DNA from: Methanomicrobia archaeon | GTDB lineage: Archaea > Methanobacteriota_B > Thermococci > Methanofastidiosales > NM3 | Assembly: GCA_030603445.1 (NCBI GenBank) | Contig: JAUVXU010000004.1 | Coordinates: 42,656 to 106,655, forward strand | Length of the DNA stretch: 64,000 nt | Direction: 5' to 3' | Part shown: piece by piece, positions 50,735-60,639 of the stretch | Layout of the letters: each line of letters begins with the position of its first letter | Numbering within the stretch: the first letter of the stretch is position 1 | Position numbers and translations under genes: made by a program | Notes under the pieces: generated by a model | The model's database searches: none | Told to the model about the DNA's origin: nothing | What the model saw: only the letters and a program-made list of their open reading frames with translations

Positions 50735-51500
50735 TCTTCTCACCTGTAACTTGCCCCAACAATATGTCCATATCCGGCACCTCAATGAACTTTGAGAAAT
50801 ACCTTTTAACATTTTCTATATCCCTTATAAGAAACTGGCGCGCCATTGGATTTCTCATAACAGTCCCCTGGGAGTAGTCTATCGGGTGCAGCTTCTTAGG
50901 CCCAACAAGGATGTTGTACTCGCTTAGGTCCGCGTGCACAATGCCTTCCTTATACATCCCTTTCACATACGACATGACAGTGCGAAAGTCTTTCTCTGGA
51001 TCGTCCGGGCCAGCGATTCGCAGCTGTGGGTATGCTATGCCCCCTTCACCAAGAAACTCCATAATAAGCACATTGTTTAGGATAATATGTGGTTTTGGGA
51101 CTGGAAGGTATTCTTCAAGGCGCTTTAGATTCTTAAACTCCCTCCTCCCCCATGCAAATACAACCTGGCGGTACTGCTTTTTTATGTCACTAAATCTTGG
51201 GTCTTGAACAATGTACTGCCACATATTGCGAAACGTGGCTGCGGAAATGCGATAGATCTTTATGGCCACTTCCTTTCCATCAGGGGCGTATCCCCAAAAT
51301 ACATTTGCCTCCTTTCCTGTAGATACTATGCCTTGCACCGTATCAAGCTTTCCGGCCTTTATAAGGTCGTATAGCGTCATAAGAGTTGACTTGTCAAATA
51401 CTCCGTCTCGCACCTTGAGCGTTTCAGTGCCTTTTCTCATCTTCTCTTGCTTGAGCCCTTTTTTGAACTCACGCTCGTAGAATTTGTCGACACTATTCAT
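50727..51500 (-). CDS. rio1: RIO1-type serine/threonine kinase
   Basis: STGKEANV, AIKIY, HADLSEYNIL, IDYSQ. Confidence 0.94.
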   Translation of the reverse strand: MNSVDKFYEREFKKGLKQEKMRKGTETLKVRDGVFDKSTLMTLYDLIKAGKLDTVQGIVSTGKEANVFWGYAPDGKEVAIKIYRISAATFRNMWQYIVQDPRFSDIKKQYRQVVFAWGRREFKNLKRLEEYLPVPKPHIILNNVLIMEFLGEGGIAYPQLRIAGPDDPEKDFRTVMSYVKGMYKEGIVHADLSEYNILVGPKKLHPIDYSQGTVMRNPMARQFLIRDIENVKRYFSKFIEVPDMDILLGQVTGEKNE

Positions 51501-51823
51501 TTCTCGGCCTCTATGAATCCATTCTTTTTAAGATATTCAGACTCTTCCCAGCTATAGCGGTATATAACATCGAGGCGTTTGTTATCGCCAGGAATCATCT
51601 GTCTTAGCAGAACATAACTATTAACACGAAACAATACGTGGTCCCTGAACTTTCCGGGGATGCGAACAATAACATCATTTCTATTAGAGAGTGAAACTAG
51701 CAGCCTGTCGCCCCCTAACAGTTTTTCCACCCTGCCTATTATCTGCCCTTCTTTTGGCAGCATCATGCTATCTCCAACTGATAATGCTATCTTAGGGGAT
51801 AATTTTGATTTTTTCCGTGCCAT
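51497..51823 (-). CDS. eif1a: Translation initiation factor aIF-1A, divergent
   Basis: LPKEGQIIGRVEKLLG, RIPGK, DVIYRY; conserved position upstream of rio1 and the KH gene. Confidence 0.75.
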   Translation of the reverse strand: MARKKSKLSPKIALSVGDSMMLPKEGQIIGRVEKLLGGDRLLVSLSNRNDVIVRIPGKFRDHVLFRVNSYVLLRQMIPGDNKRLDVIYRYSWEESEYLKKNGFIEAEK

Positions 51824-51910
51824 ATTATCTATAAGTTTGATGCACCCACTTAAAAACGTTGCTTAGTGGCACAAAATAAGTATCTTTTTAAATAAAATAA
51901 AGTCTTTATA

Positions 51911-52600
51911 ATGTATATGAAGAATCTAACATCTTACCAGGAAGATATGATACGTGTTCTAGTCGAATCACGGGCACTGTCATTTGGCGAGTTCACACTT
52001 AAGAGCGGACGCATCTCACCATATTTTTTCAATATGGGAAGAGCAATATCCAATGGGATGTATCTTGCGACCGTGTCGCGATGCTACTGCGAGAAGCTTA
52101 TAGACTGCGTAGGCAATGATTTCACTTTCATCTTTGGTCCCGCATACAAGGGCATCCCGCTTGCATGCGCAATAGCGCACACTCTCTGGAGGGAGTTTGA
52201 AGTGGCTGTCAGGTGGGGATATGACAGAAAGGAGGAAAAGACATATGGTGACACCCGCGATGCCGCACTTGTAGGGAAGCTTTGCAGCAAGGACAAGGTG
52301 ATCATGGTGGATGATGTCATCACCACCGGCGACACCAAGATAGAGTCATGGAAAAAGCTTCTTGCGTTAGATAGTACATTAATCCCAAAAGGCGTTCTTG
52401 TTGCCGTTGATCGTGAGGAAAAGGACAAAAATGGCAAAATGCCAGTAAAAATACTAAAAGAAGCCGGGCTGGATTTTTTCTCCATACTAAAGGCTTCTGT
52501 TATCTTCGACTATTTGCACGATGTGAAAATAGACGGAAAGATCATCGTGAACGATGACCTATACGAACGATACCAAGACTACAGGCGCCGCTACAATTAG
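51911..52600 (+). CDS. pyrE: Orotate phosphoribosyltransferase
   Basis: FTLKSGRISPYFFN, GPAYKGIP, RKEEK, VDDVITTG. Confidence 0.95.
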   Translation: MYMKNLTSYQEDMIRVLVESRALSFGEFTLKSGRISPYFFNMGRAISNGMYLATVSRCYCEKLIDCVGNDFTFIFGPAYKGIPLACAIAHTLWREFEVAVRWGYDRKEEKTYGDTRDAALVGKLCSKDKVIMVDDVITTGDTKIESWKKLLALDSTLIPKGVLVAVDREEKDKNGKMPVKILKEAGLDFFSILKASVIFDYLHDVKIDGKIIVNDDLYERYQDYRRRYN

Positions 52601-54072
52601 AATCTAAAGACATCAAGTATTCCGTAAAGGAAGCTTACTATGCCTTGAGTACCCCCATTGATACGGTGCTGTATCACTGATGACACCTGGCCCCTCATAG
52701 TATCGATTGGCCATGTTACCTTCCATTCCTGGGGTTCTTTAAAGACTGCTAGGTAACCTGACATCCTGAAGTAAAACACCAAGAGACGATACATTGGGAG
52801 TAGCAGCACATACTGGAAGCTATCGCTTATTGCGCCCCGCGTGTCCTTATCCGAGATAGTGTATGCTGCTAGTGTCTGTGCTACATCAAAAATCACATAA
52901 AACACGAACAGCACTACGAAAAACAGCGCTATTACGCTTTGTGAGTATCCAAATAGCGGGAATAGCAGCAATAGGAATGTCCATATGATACGAGGGAATG
53001 CAAGCGTATGGTCTATCATTAGCATCGAAGGAAGCCCAAACCTTCCAATAGTTCCATACTTATTAGAACCTATCATGTTCTTGTGTACGCCTGCGACCTC
53101 TAGTTGCCCCCGCCTCCAGCGTACGCGCTGGGCATATAAGGCCCCAGTTTCAATGACCGGTTCCACCCATACCTTTGCATCAGGGGCGAATCCGACCCCA
53201 ATGCCATGCTGATGGAGATCAAGGGAGATGTCAAAATCCTCTGACACTGTTAGATCGGAGTAAATGTGCGTCTTCTCCAAGGCTTCTTTTCTAAACGCAC
53301 TAAAAGCGCCTGAAAGCATATACTCCGAGTTCACGGCGCTTTGGTAATGGCGGCCAAGCCTAAATGAGTTCAAGTATTCAAGGAACTGGCTCTTTGCAAG
53401 AATAGATTCAAAAAACGACATCTTCTTCTCTATAGGGTTGCCGTCCTCATCCAAGATAAGGTCTCCTTCCTCATCGCGCGCCTCTAATAAGTGCCAGTTT
53501 ACCTCTATAACACCGCATGCGGCCCCTTTATCGGGATTTTCCAGCAAGTATACGACCATTTTGCGAATTGCGTTTAAGTCAAGCACGACATCTGAGTCTA
53601 TTGTCATTACTATATCGCCGTGCGCGTGGCGAATTCCCGTATTTAAGGCATGCGCCTTTCCCCTATTTGACCCATTGGAAAACAGGCGAATTGAACCTTT
53701 AAACTCTGATACTGACATGAAGTCGCCGTTGATCTTTACCTTGTTGTTGCCGTTGCCCTCTATGTTTGCAAGCGTTATGTCTGATGTAAGGTCTATTGAA
53801 CCATCATCAACCACGAGTATCTCCATCTTGTGCTGCGGATAGTCTTGCAGCTTTAGGGAGTTGAGGCAGCGCTCAATTATCTTCTCCTCATTATAAGCAG
53901 GGATGATAATAGACACGTTTGGCATGTCGTCGTCTGTATATTTGTCAGTTGATGTCTTGTTCTTTGAGAATATCACGGCGCCTACCCTAAGCATTGCGCC
54001 AACACCATCAAGGGCAAGAGGTATGAGGATCCATACACCCCATATCAAAAGCGAACGTATTAGAGGTGACAT
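52597..54072 (-). CDS. Membrane GT2 glycosyltransferase, exosortase-G-associated type
   Basis: WGVWILIPL N-terminus, IPAYNE, DDGS, GKAHALN, DSD, EYLNSF..GR, LSGAFSAFR, SED, QRVRW.RGQLEV. Confidence 0.88.
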   Translation of the reverse strand: MSPLIRSLLIWGVWILIPLALDGVGAMLRVGAVIFSKNKTSTDKYTDDDMPNVSIIIPAYNEEKIIERCLNSLKLQDYPQHKMEILVVDDGSIDLTSDITLANIEGNGNNKVKINGDFMSVSEFKGSIRLFSNGSNRGKAHALNTGIRHAHGDIVMTIDSDVVLDLNAIRKMVVYLLENPDKGAACGVIEVNWHLLEARDEEGDLILDEDGNPIEKKMSFFESILAKSQFLEYLNSFRLGRHYQSAVNSEYMLSGAFSAFRKEALEKTHIYSDLTVSEDFDISLDLHQHGIGVGFAPDAKVWVEPVIETGALYAQRVRWRRGQLEVAGVHKNMIGSNKYGTIGRFGLPSMLMIDHTLAFPRIIWTFLLLLFPLFGYSQSVIALFFVVLFVFYVIFDVAQTLAAYTISDKDTRGAISDSFQYVLLLPMYRLLVFYFRMSGYLAVFKEPQEWKVTWPIDTMRGQVSSVIQHRINGGTQGIVSFLYGILDVFRF

Positions 54073-54684
54073 TTATTCTCCCCCCTTTCCTCGGGCAATT
54101 GCATCATTTACCACTTTCTTGCCCACTATGTTAATAGTTGGTTTAGTTATTATATACCAATATATGAACAGGACGAACACGAAAAACACCATTCTAGATA
54201 TCACAGAATGAGCCAGGTATGTGTACTCCTCTCCATAATTATGCGTGACACCAGCAATTATGCAAAGACGAATTATGTTTGCAACATACGTCAGTGCTAC
54301 ACCTAGCACTGCTGAAAAGACCTTCCTCTTGGCAACAAATCCCACATAGAAGAATATCAGCGAGAAGATAACGGAAAGCTCCAGAAGCGCCGAGCACTCT
54401 ATAGAGCATATCAGCACAGCCCATCCTGTAGGTGATGGGATAAATAGCTGATTGCTTTGGACATATCCATCAAATCCGAACTGTTGCAATAGGAAAACGG
54501 TGTGATTTAGCTCTATGTTGGCCAGTTTCGTATCATATCCTAAATTCATAAAAGCAAGGATGATAAAAAGTGTGAGTCCAAATGATCCTACTAGGTAGTA
54601 CAAAAGCCACTGCCTCTTTGAGTGAAGATATACAGTGACCAGCCCCCAAATAATCAGTAGTACAAACAGGAACATCCAGTTCAT
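54073..54684 (-). CDS. Exosortase/archaeosortase-family protein, XrtG-like
   Basis: ECS(A)LLE Cys, ANIIRL Arg and LAHSVISR His triad; N-terminal W...YLVGSFGL pattern resembles XrtG. Confidence 0.82.
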   Translation of the reverse strand: MNWMFLFVLLIIWGLVTVYLHSKRQWLLYYLVGSFGLTLFIILAFMNLGYDTKLANIELNHTVFLLQQFGFDGYVQSNQLFIPSPTGWAVLICSIECSALLELSVIFSLIFFYVGFVAKRKVFSAVLGVALTYVANIIRLCIIAGVTHNYGEEYTYLAHSVISRMVFFVFVLFIYWYIITKPTINIVGKKVVNDAIARGKGGE

Positions 54685-55829
54685 TTGCCATCACATCCTT
54701 TTAGATTCAACACGCCATTCTTTCTCATGGAGTATCCTACTATTAACAGCAGCATGGCCAATAGCCCGATAAATCCAAGCGTGCCTAGGGAAGGGATGTA
54801 GTAAAAAGAAGCACATGACGGTCCTGCGATTATATGTGAAGGCTCGCCTGAATTGACATTTGTCTTTTGCCAGTACACACAGACCCGAAAGTCCTTTCGT
54901 AGATCGTCAGGTGTAAGGTAGAACGAGAAGTACTCGGTTGTGGTATCTCCTGGCTTCATAGTCTGTACGCCGACATTCTTGTACCTATGGTAAGGATATC
55001 CATCGTCGGTAGGATACGTTGCAACAAAATTGTTATTCTCATCATACACGTACAAGAACAGGCTGGTGTTTGACTGGGTGTTTGCCGCCGCCAGGTCGAC
55101 GCGCACAGTAATTCCGCCTGTATCTGTGTTGACAGATACTGAAGTGAAGATGACGTCGCTTTGTGTGCCTGTTGCAAATGAGTAAGTAGGACTTGTGTAA
55201 CTGCCTGTGCTATCTGTTGCAACAACGTACCATGAATATGTCGTATTGCTCTCCAGATAGCTCCATACCGTAGTAGCGGTTCCACTGCCGGTCACGGTAT
55301 CGGTGCCAATAGGTGTGTTGCCTTCCAAGTTGTAGAAGTTCACAGTGACAGTTCCTGTACCTCCTGCAATGTCTATACTAAGTGTAGTACTAGGCCCTAT
55401 TCCAGAAACTCCCGATGGCGCGGGATTTGAAAAGTCTATGCCTGGGGCACGGGTTGTGAAAGACCAGGTACCACTCGTAAGAAGAACTGTATTTGGATCG
55501 GCGTTATCTGCTACTGTGACGTACCAGGAGTAAGAGGTTGAGGGGCTTCTTCCTGGCCACTGCACGGTCGCAACGTCTACTGAATTTTGCTTTGTGGTGA
55601 CTACAGCAGAACCTAATAATGTTGATTCGCCATAAAATTTTACTAGATACTCCTTATTGTTAGCTCCATCCACTTCCACCACAAGATCCGGTGTTAAGCT
55701 GACATCTGTAGCACCATTTGCCGGTGATGGGTTCAAAACCTCAACTGTTGGTACGGCCGCTACCATCGCAATCCCAAAAGATCCAAGTAACAAACCGACT
55801 ATAATTATTACAAACACTTTATACTTCAC
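54681..55829 (-). CDS. Secreted Ig/FN3-like repeat protein with C-terminal IPSL-TM-basic sorting signal
   Basis: Signal peptide, two PSP...TxYSWYVxxxD...FxT domains, C-terminus IPSLGTLGFIGLLAMLLLIVGYSMRK. Confidence 0.8.
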   Translation of the reverse strand: MKYKVFVIIIVGLLLGSFGIAMVAAVPTVEVLNPSPANGATDVSLTPDLVVEVDGANNKEYLVKFYGESTLLGSAVVTTKQNSVDVATVQWPGRSPSTSYSWYVTVADNADPNTVLLTSGTWSFTTRAPGIDFSNPAPSGVSGIGPSTTLSIDIAGGTGTVTVNFYNLEGNTPIGTDTVTGSGTATTVWSYLESNTTYSWYVVATDSTGSYTSPTYSFATGTQSDVIFTSVSVNTDTGGITVRVDLAAANTQSNTSLFLYVYDENNNFVATYPTDDGYPYHRYKNVGVQTMKPGDTTTEYFSFYLTPDDLRKDFRVCVYWQKTNVNSGEPSHIIAGPSCASFYYIPSLGTLGFIGLLAMLLLIVGYSMRKNGVLNLKGCDGK

Positions 55830-56056
55830 AGTAATCGCCCCAATGCAGGCATGTGTTTCTTGGAAGCCATATATAAAATATAAGAAACAGAGTTCTTTTA
55901 ATTACTAGTAACAGTTAATAAAAAAATTTATAATATTTTGTTTAGATTAATTAATTGATAAAAATAACGCTCTAAAATACCATTCAAATAAAGTATAACC
56001 TGTATAAAAGAAAATAATAAAAAAATAGGAACTTAAAAATAAAAAAAAGCAATATT

Positions 56057-57364
56057 TTATTTATTTAACACGCGCTCTACTATTCGCTTCGCCTCTCCAA
56101 GATATTTCTCTGGTTTAAGAAGGGTGTTTATCTCTTCACCAGTAAGATATTTTCCAACATCCTTATTAGAACGTACTGTCTCCACAAAGTCATCGCCATC
56201 CTGAGAAAGAGTTCGCAGCATCTCATGCGCATCCTGGCGTGAGGCGCCTTTCTTCGTAAGGGCTATCATTATTGCCTCTGCCATGTTCTTTCCCTTGCTC
56301 ATTTGAAGATTCCTCTTTATGTTTTCTGGAAAGAACACAAGGTTGTCATATACGTTGATGATTGATTTTATCATCTCATCGATAAGGATGAACGATTCAG
56401 GGATGATTGCACGCTCAGGTGCCGAATTTGTAAGATCCCTCTCATGCCACAAATTGTTGTTAAGCAGTGCAGGAATAACATTTCCATAGAGTATGCGCGC
56501 AAGACCGCACGTCTTCTCTGAATTTATTGGATTTTTCTTATGCGGCATTGTGGATGAGCCGACCTGATCTTTCTTAAACCCCTCTGCCACCTCACTTATC
56601 TCTGTTCGCTGCAGATTGCGCACCTCGGTCGCCATCTTATCCAGTAAACTTCCAAGCAGGGCAATGTTTAGGATAATTTCTGCATATATGTCACGAGGCA
56701 CTACTTGATTGGTTATATCTGCCATTTTTATGCTAAGGACCTCGCCAACGCGCTCTGCCATTTTAAGCCCATCGTCATATGATGCCATTGTTCCAACTGC
56801 CCCTGCTATCTTGCCGCAGTTGCGCTTGTGGGATACCTTAAGTCTCTCCTCACTACGCTTGAGCTCATCAAGGAAAAGTGCGAACTTCATGCCATACGTT
56901 GTTGGTATTGCATGTTGTGCATGTGTCCTTCCAACGCAGACAGTTCCGATATGCTCCCTTGCCTGCCTGGCAAGGATTGTATCTAATATTTCTATATCTG
57001 CAAGCAGTATATCCAAAGCGTCACGAAACTGCAGTGCTGATGCGGTGTCATTTATATCGTTTGATGTCGCGCCAAAGTGAACGAAACGCCCCCATTTTCC
57101 ACACTGCGCGGCAAGGACCTTTACCATGGCCATTATGTCATGATTTATCTTTTTCTCCTCTTCTAGGATAGCTTCCTTCTTGACTATCCCTAACTTTGCC
57201 TTGGCCGTTATCTCTTTTGCAGCCTCGATAGGGACGTGTCCAAGGTCGGCATGTGCTTGGGCAATTGCCGCTTCGACATCAAGCAGTAGCTGTATGCGGC
57301 TGTCCTCTTCAAAGACCGCTCTCATCTCCTTTGAGCCGTACCTGTAATCTATGGGGTGAATCAT
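56057..57364 (-). CDS. purB: Adenylosuccinate lyase
   Basis: HPIDYRY, HFGATSND, GRTHAQHA, GSSTMPHKKNP, HERDLTNS. Confidence 0.96.
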   Translation of the reverse strand: MIHPIDYRYGSKEMRAVFEEDSRIQLLLDVEAAIAQAHADLGHVPIEAAKEITAKAKLGIVKKEAILEEEKKINHDIMAMVKVLAAQCGKWGRFVHFGATSNDINDTASALQFRDALDILLADIEILDTILARQAREHIGTVCVGRTHAQHAIPTTYGMKFALFLDELKRSEERLKVSHKRNCGKIAGAVGTMASYDDGLKMAERVGEVLSIKMADITNQVVPRDIYAEIILNIALLGSLLDKMATEVRNLQRTEISEVAEGFKKDQVGSSTMPHKKNPINSEKTCGLARILYGNVIPALLNNNLWHERDLTNSAPERAIIPESFILIDEMIKSIINVYDNLVFFPENIKRNLQMSKGKNMAEAIMIALTKKGASRQDAHEMLRTLSQDGDDFVETVRSNKDVGKYLTGEEINTLLKPEKYLGEAKRIVERVLNK

Positions 57365-57505
57365 CTTCTCGTCTCCTAATGAATGCTTTTCATTCGCTAC
57401 GTAACTTTATATGTTTTTTTGATGATTGCCCCTTATACAAAAGTGAGCAGGCAAAAAGACCGTTAATTTTAAATACCTATTTATATGCACATAAAATGCA
57501 TAAAA

Positions 57506-57583
57506 GGGCTCTTGGTCTAGCTTGGTTATGACGTCGCCTTCACACGGCGGAGGTCCTGGGTTCGATTCCCAGAGAGCCCACCA
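57506..57583 (+). tRNA. tRNA-Val (anticodon CAC), CCA encoded
   Basis: Acceptor GGGCTCT/AGAGCCC, anticodon arm TCGCC-TTCACAC-GGCGG, GGTTCGATTCC T-arm, ACCA end, TTTATAT box about 25 nt upstream. Confidence 0.96.
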
Positions 57584-57668
57584 TAACTCTTTTTATCTGG
57601 TATTATTTGTGAATATTCATTTTTTTAGAGCGGGAAGCATTGCCACTGGCTATTATATGAAAAAGATA

Positions 57669-59078
57669 TTACTTTCCAACGCCTTTCTTCTCCATCTTTC
57701 CCCATCCCCTAGAACCAAACGCATATTCTATTGTAGCACGAAAGCGCCACCATGTCTGTAATTGGCGATAACCGATATTTTCCAAAAAAGCGGCGCAAAA
57801 AAGGTGCAGGAGATGCGACGTCTTCGGGTATTTCTTAAATGACAGCTCCTCCAGTATAACAGATGTGATAGAAAGCACCATCCCGTAAAGAACTGCAACA
57901 GTCAGAAACATGATGGCAAAAGGCAAGCTAACAATACCAAACAATGCTGACAAAATAAACACAATGTACCCGCTAAATTCGACAAACGGCCCGAGCATCT
58001 CAAATATCACAAAGTAGGGGAATGCAAAAAATCCCACCCAGCCATAATCGGTGTTTAGGAACATATCTTTATGTAGCATTATTGATTGTATCGTTCCCTT
58101 CTGCCAACGAACGCGTTGGCTCCTAAGCACTTTCAACGTTTCTGGTGCCTCTGTCCAGCACACCGGATCTGGGACAAATGTGATGCGTGTATTTGGGTTT
58201 TGACGCCTGAGTATCTTATGCATCCTAACCACTAGTTCCATATCCTCCCCGATACAGCCTGCCCTATATCCGCCCACCTTCAGAACAGCATCTTTTGAGA
58301 AGCACCCAAACGCGCCGGAAATAATAAGCATGGCATTAACCGCATCAAATCCTGTCCTGCCGAACAAAAATGCCCTGAGGTACTCCACGACCTGGAACTT
58401 TCCTATAAATTTTTTTGGTGGGGCAATTTCTAGTACTCTGCCCTGTTCCACTTTGCACCCATTTGCTATACGGACAATTCCTCCTACTGCAATGACATTT
58501 TCGTCCTCTACGAAAGGCCGGACCACCTTTAAAAGACAGTCGCGCTCGAGGATGGAATCCGCATCTATGACACATATCAATGGATCCTTAGATGCGTTTA
58601 TGCCTGTGTTTATGGCATCTGCCTTTCCTCCATTCTCCTTATCTATTACCAAAAGAGACGGATGCTCTTTTGATCTGTAAAATCCCCTCACAGGCATTGT
58701 ATCAATACTATCCACCATGCCATACGGGACCCGCTTCATGGAGAAGTGGGATATTAAATTATTTAAGGTATCATCTTTTGAACCGTCGTTGACGACTATT
58801 ACGTGAAAATCAGGGTACTCAAGCTGTAAAAAAGCGCTGGTGCTATTAATTATGCTATTGCCTTCATTATATGCTGGCACTATAACAGAGACAGCTTTTG
58901 TATTTCCATAACGAAACAGGTCCTTTATATCTATGTAAGAGACCTTTGCCGAATATTTTCTTATTGTCTTAAATGAAACAAAGCATAGGACAAAATAAAT
59001 CGTGCCTATTGTAAGCAGATATGTAAGCGCAAAATAATTGTAGATGTATAAAGCTCCTATTATGCTTATATTAACCAC
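57669..59078 (-). CDS. Processive membrane GT2 glycosyltransferase (IcaA/PgaC-like)
   Basis: VPAYNE, NDGSKD, KENGGKADA, DADS, EYLRAFLFGR, GEDME, QRVRW; N- and C-terminal TM helices. Confidence 0.92.
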   Translation of the reverse strand: MVNISIIGALYIYNYFALTYLLTIGTIYFVLCFVSFKTIRKYSAKVSYIDIKDLFRYGNTKAVSVIVPAYNEGNSIINSTSAFLQLEYPDFHVIVVNDGSKDDTLNNLISHFSMKRVPYGMVDSIDTMPVRGFYRSKEHPSLLVIDKENGGKADAINTGINASKDPLICVIDADSILERDCLLKVVRPFVEDENVIAVGGIVRIANGCKVEQGRVLEIAPPKKFIGKFQVVEYLRAFLFGRTGFDAVNAMLIISGAFGCFSKDAVLKVGGYRAGCIGEDMELVVRMHKILRRQNPNTRITFVPDPVCWTEAPETLKVLRSQRVRWQKGTIQSIMLHKDMFLNTDYGWVGFFAFPYFVIFEMLGPFVEFSGYIVFILSALFGIVSLPFAIMFLTVAVLYGMVLSITSVILEELSFKKYPKTSHLLHLFCAAFLENIGYRQLQTWWRFRATIEYAFGSRGWGKMEKKGVGK

Positions 59079-60147
59079 CTACCTTCATGTCTGTGAGCAG
59101 GATTCTTGTAACAGAGGCCGCCTTTTTGTTCTTTGAATGTTGTGCAATTACTGAAAGTGCCTCCCTTCCTTTCCTTGACAAGCTAAACAGCGCCTCTGCT
59201 GCACGGTAGCGCACCCACCAGTTTTCGTCGCCAAGATATACTACAAGCTCTTCCTCTACTGAATCATCACCAATCCTTCCCAAGGCCCATATTGCAAGGC
59301 TGCGAACACGCCAGTCTGCATCATTCATGCATTCCCTTAAAGATGGCATGGCGCCCAAATACTCTATTTTACCCACGGCCCTTATACAATTAATGCGGAC
59401 ATCATACCCTGGTGTCGCATCCAGGATGCATAATATCTCCTCGCCTGCAGGATAGTATCTGTAGTGCCCTAGCGCGTCCACGATAAGTGAGATGGAAAAC
59501 GCATCTGGCTCCCCTTTCAGATACCATAACAACGGCTGGCAAGCGTCAGTGCCAAACTCGAACAATATCGATAGCAAAAGATCCCTGCTTGGTTTTTTTC
59601 TGATGCGAAACTGCCCCAGGATTATTCCAAGCGTATCTATGGCCCCGATTTTCGCTAAGCTAAGGGCGCAGTTAAAATATACCCCTTCGTCCTTATCCTC
59701 CAAGCCCCGTATTAGGTGTTCTTTCGCCTGGCGGGCCCTTACCAACCCGATAAAGAAAGCGGACTCGCTACGGACCTGTTCGTCTCCGTGTACAAGCTGA
59801 TCTATTAAACATGAAAAAAGGTCTGTATTAGTGACTAGTGCAGATAACTTCTCAAAATCATCTCCCTTCAGCGCGAGCAGATAGCTTTTCAAAAAGTGCT
59901 GGAAGTAAGCATAACGGGCCCTTGGAACGAGAGCCATGATCTCTTGGGTGGTTTTTTCACCTTCAAGGTACTGAAAAACCATCTTCTCCCATCCCGCGTA
60001 AAGCTTAAACTGCTTTTTTTTAGAACTGTTGCTTACGAATCGCAAGAAGAAGCAGTACAGTATCAACATCCCTACAACAAACAAGAGCGCAAGTACTGCC
60101 ATTGTGGTGGTCCAAAGAGCCCCTTGATTGAAGAACTTCCCTATCAT
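59071..60147 (-). CDS. Membrane-anchored HEAT-repeat protein
   Basis: N-terminal TM; VRSESAFFIG, DWRVRSLAIWALG, NWWVRYRAAEAL repeats. Confidence 0.9.
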   Translation of the reverse strand: MIGKFFNQGALWTTTMAVLALLFVVGMLILYCFFLRFVSNSSKKKQFKLYAGWEKMVFQYLEGEKTTQEIMALVPRARYAYFQHFLKSYLLALKGDDFEKLSALVTNTDLFSCLIDQLVHGDEQVRSESAFFIGLVRARQAKEHLIRGLEDKDEGVYFNCALSLAKIGAIDTLGIILGQFRIRKKPSRDLLLSILFEFGTDACQPLLWYLKGEPDAFSISLIVDALGHYRYYPAGEEILCILDATPGYDVRINCIRAVGKIEYLGAMPSLRECMNDADWRVRSLAIWALGRIGDDSVEEELVVYLGDENWWVRYRAAEALFSLSRKGREALSVIAQHSKNKKAASVTRILLTDMKVGG

Positions 60148-60184
60148 TTTACCCCTTCTTTAGCGATTATTTGTTCTTGAAAAT

Positions 60185-60583
60185 TTACTGCAAAAACTGC
60201 CATGAGATAGCCTTATTCACTCTTGCCACCAGTTCAGAAGGGGCGAATGGTTTTGTCAAGTAGTCTGTTGCCCCATCCCCCAAGCCTTTCACGACGTCGC
60301 TCTCCTGGCCCTTGGCAGAAAGTATTATTGTGGGAATAGATACTGTTTTTGGATTTGCCCTTATATCCCTTAAAATACTGATGCCATCTCGCAAAGGCAT
60401 CATTACATCTAACAAAACGATGTCTGGGATCGTCTCAATGATAGCCTCTATAACACCCTCCCCATCAGGGAAGTGGGTGACCTTAAATTCCTCCCGTTCC
60501 AGCTTGAATTTGACCAAACGAGCAATATCCAGGTCATCTTCTGCATAGATTATCGTCTTTTGTACCTTATTACCTTTGCTCAT
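60185..60583 (-). CDS. Stand-alone response regulator receiver protein
   Basis: EDD, LLDVMMP, LSA, KPF. Confidence 0.94.
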   Translation of the reverse strand: MSKGNKVQKTIIYAEDDLDIARLVKFKLEREEFKVTHFPDGEGVIEAIIETIPDIVLLDVMMPLRDGISILRDIRANPKTVSIPTIILSAKGQESDVVKGLGDGATDYLTKPFAPSELVARVNKAISWQFLQ

Positions 60584-60639
60584 GATATATTCTCCTTGAA
60601 TTGAGTAGATTATAAACTTTTTCTTGTTTAATGATATTA

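Noticed and set aside
57522..57761. 79-aa ORF on the + strand
   Set aside because: It overlaps tRNA-Val and the GT2 3' end and has no protein-like features.
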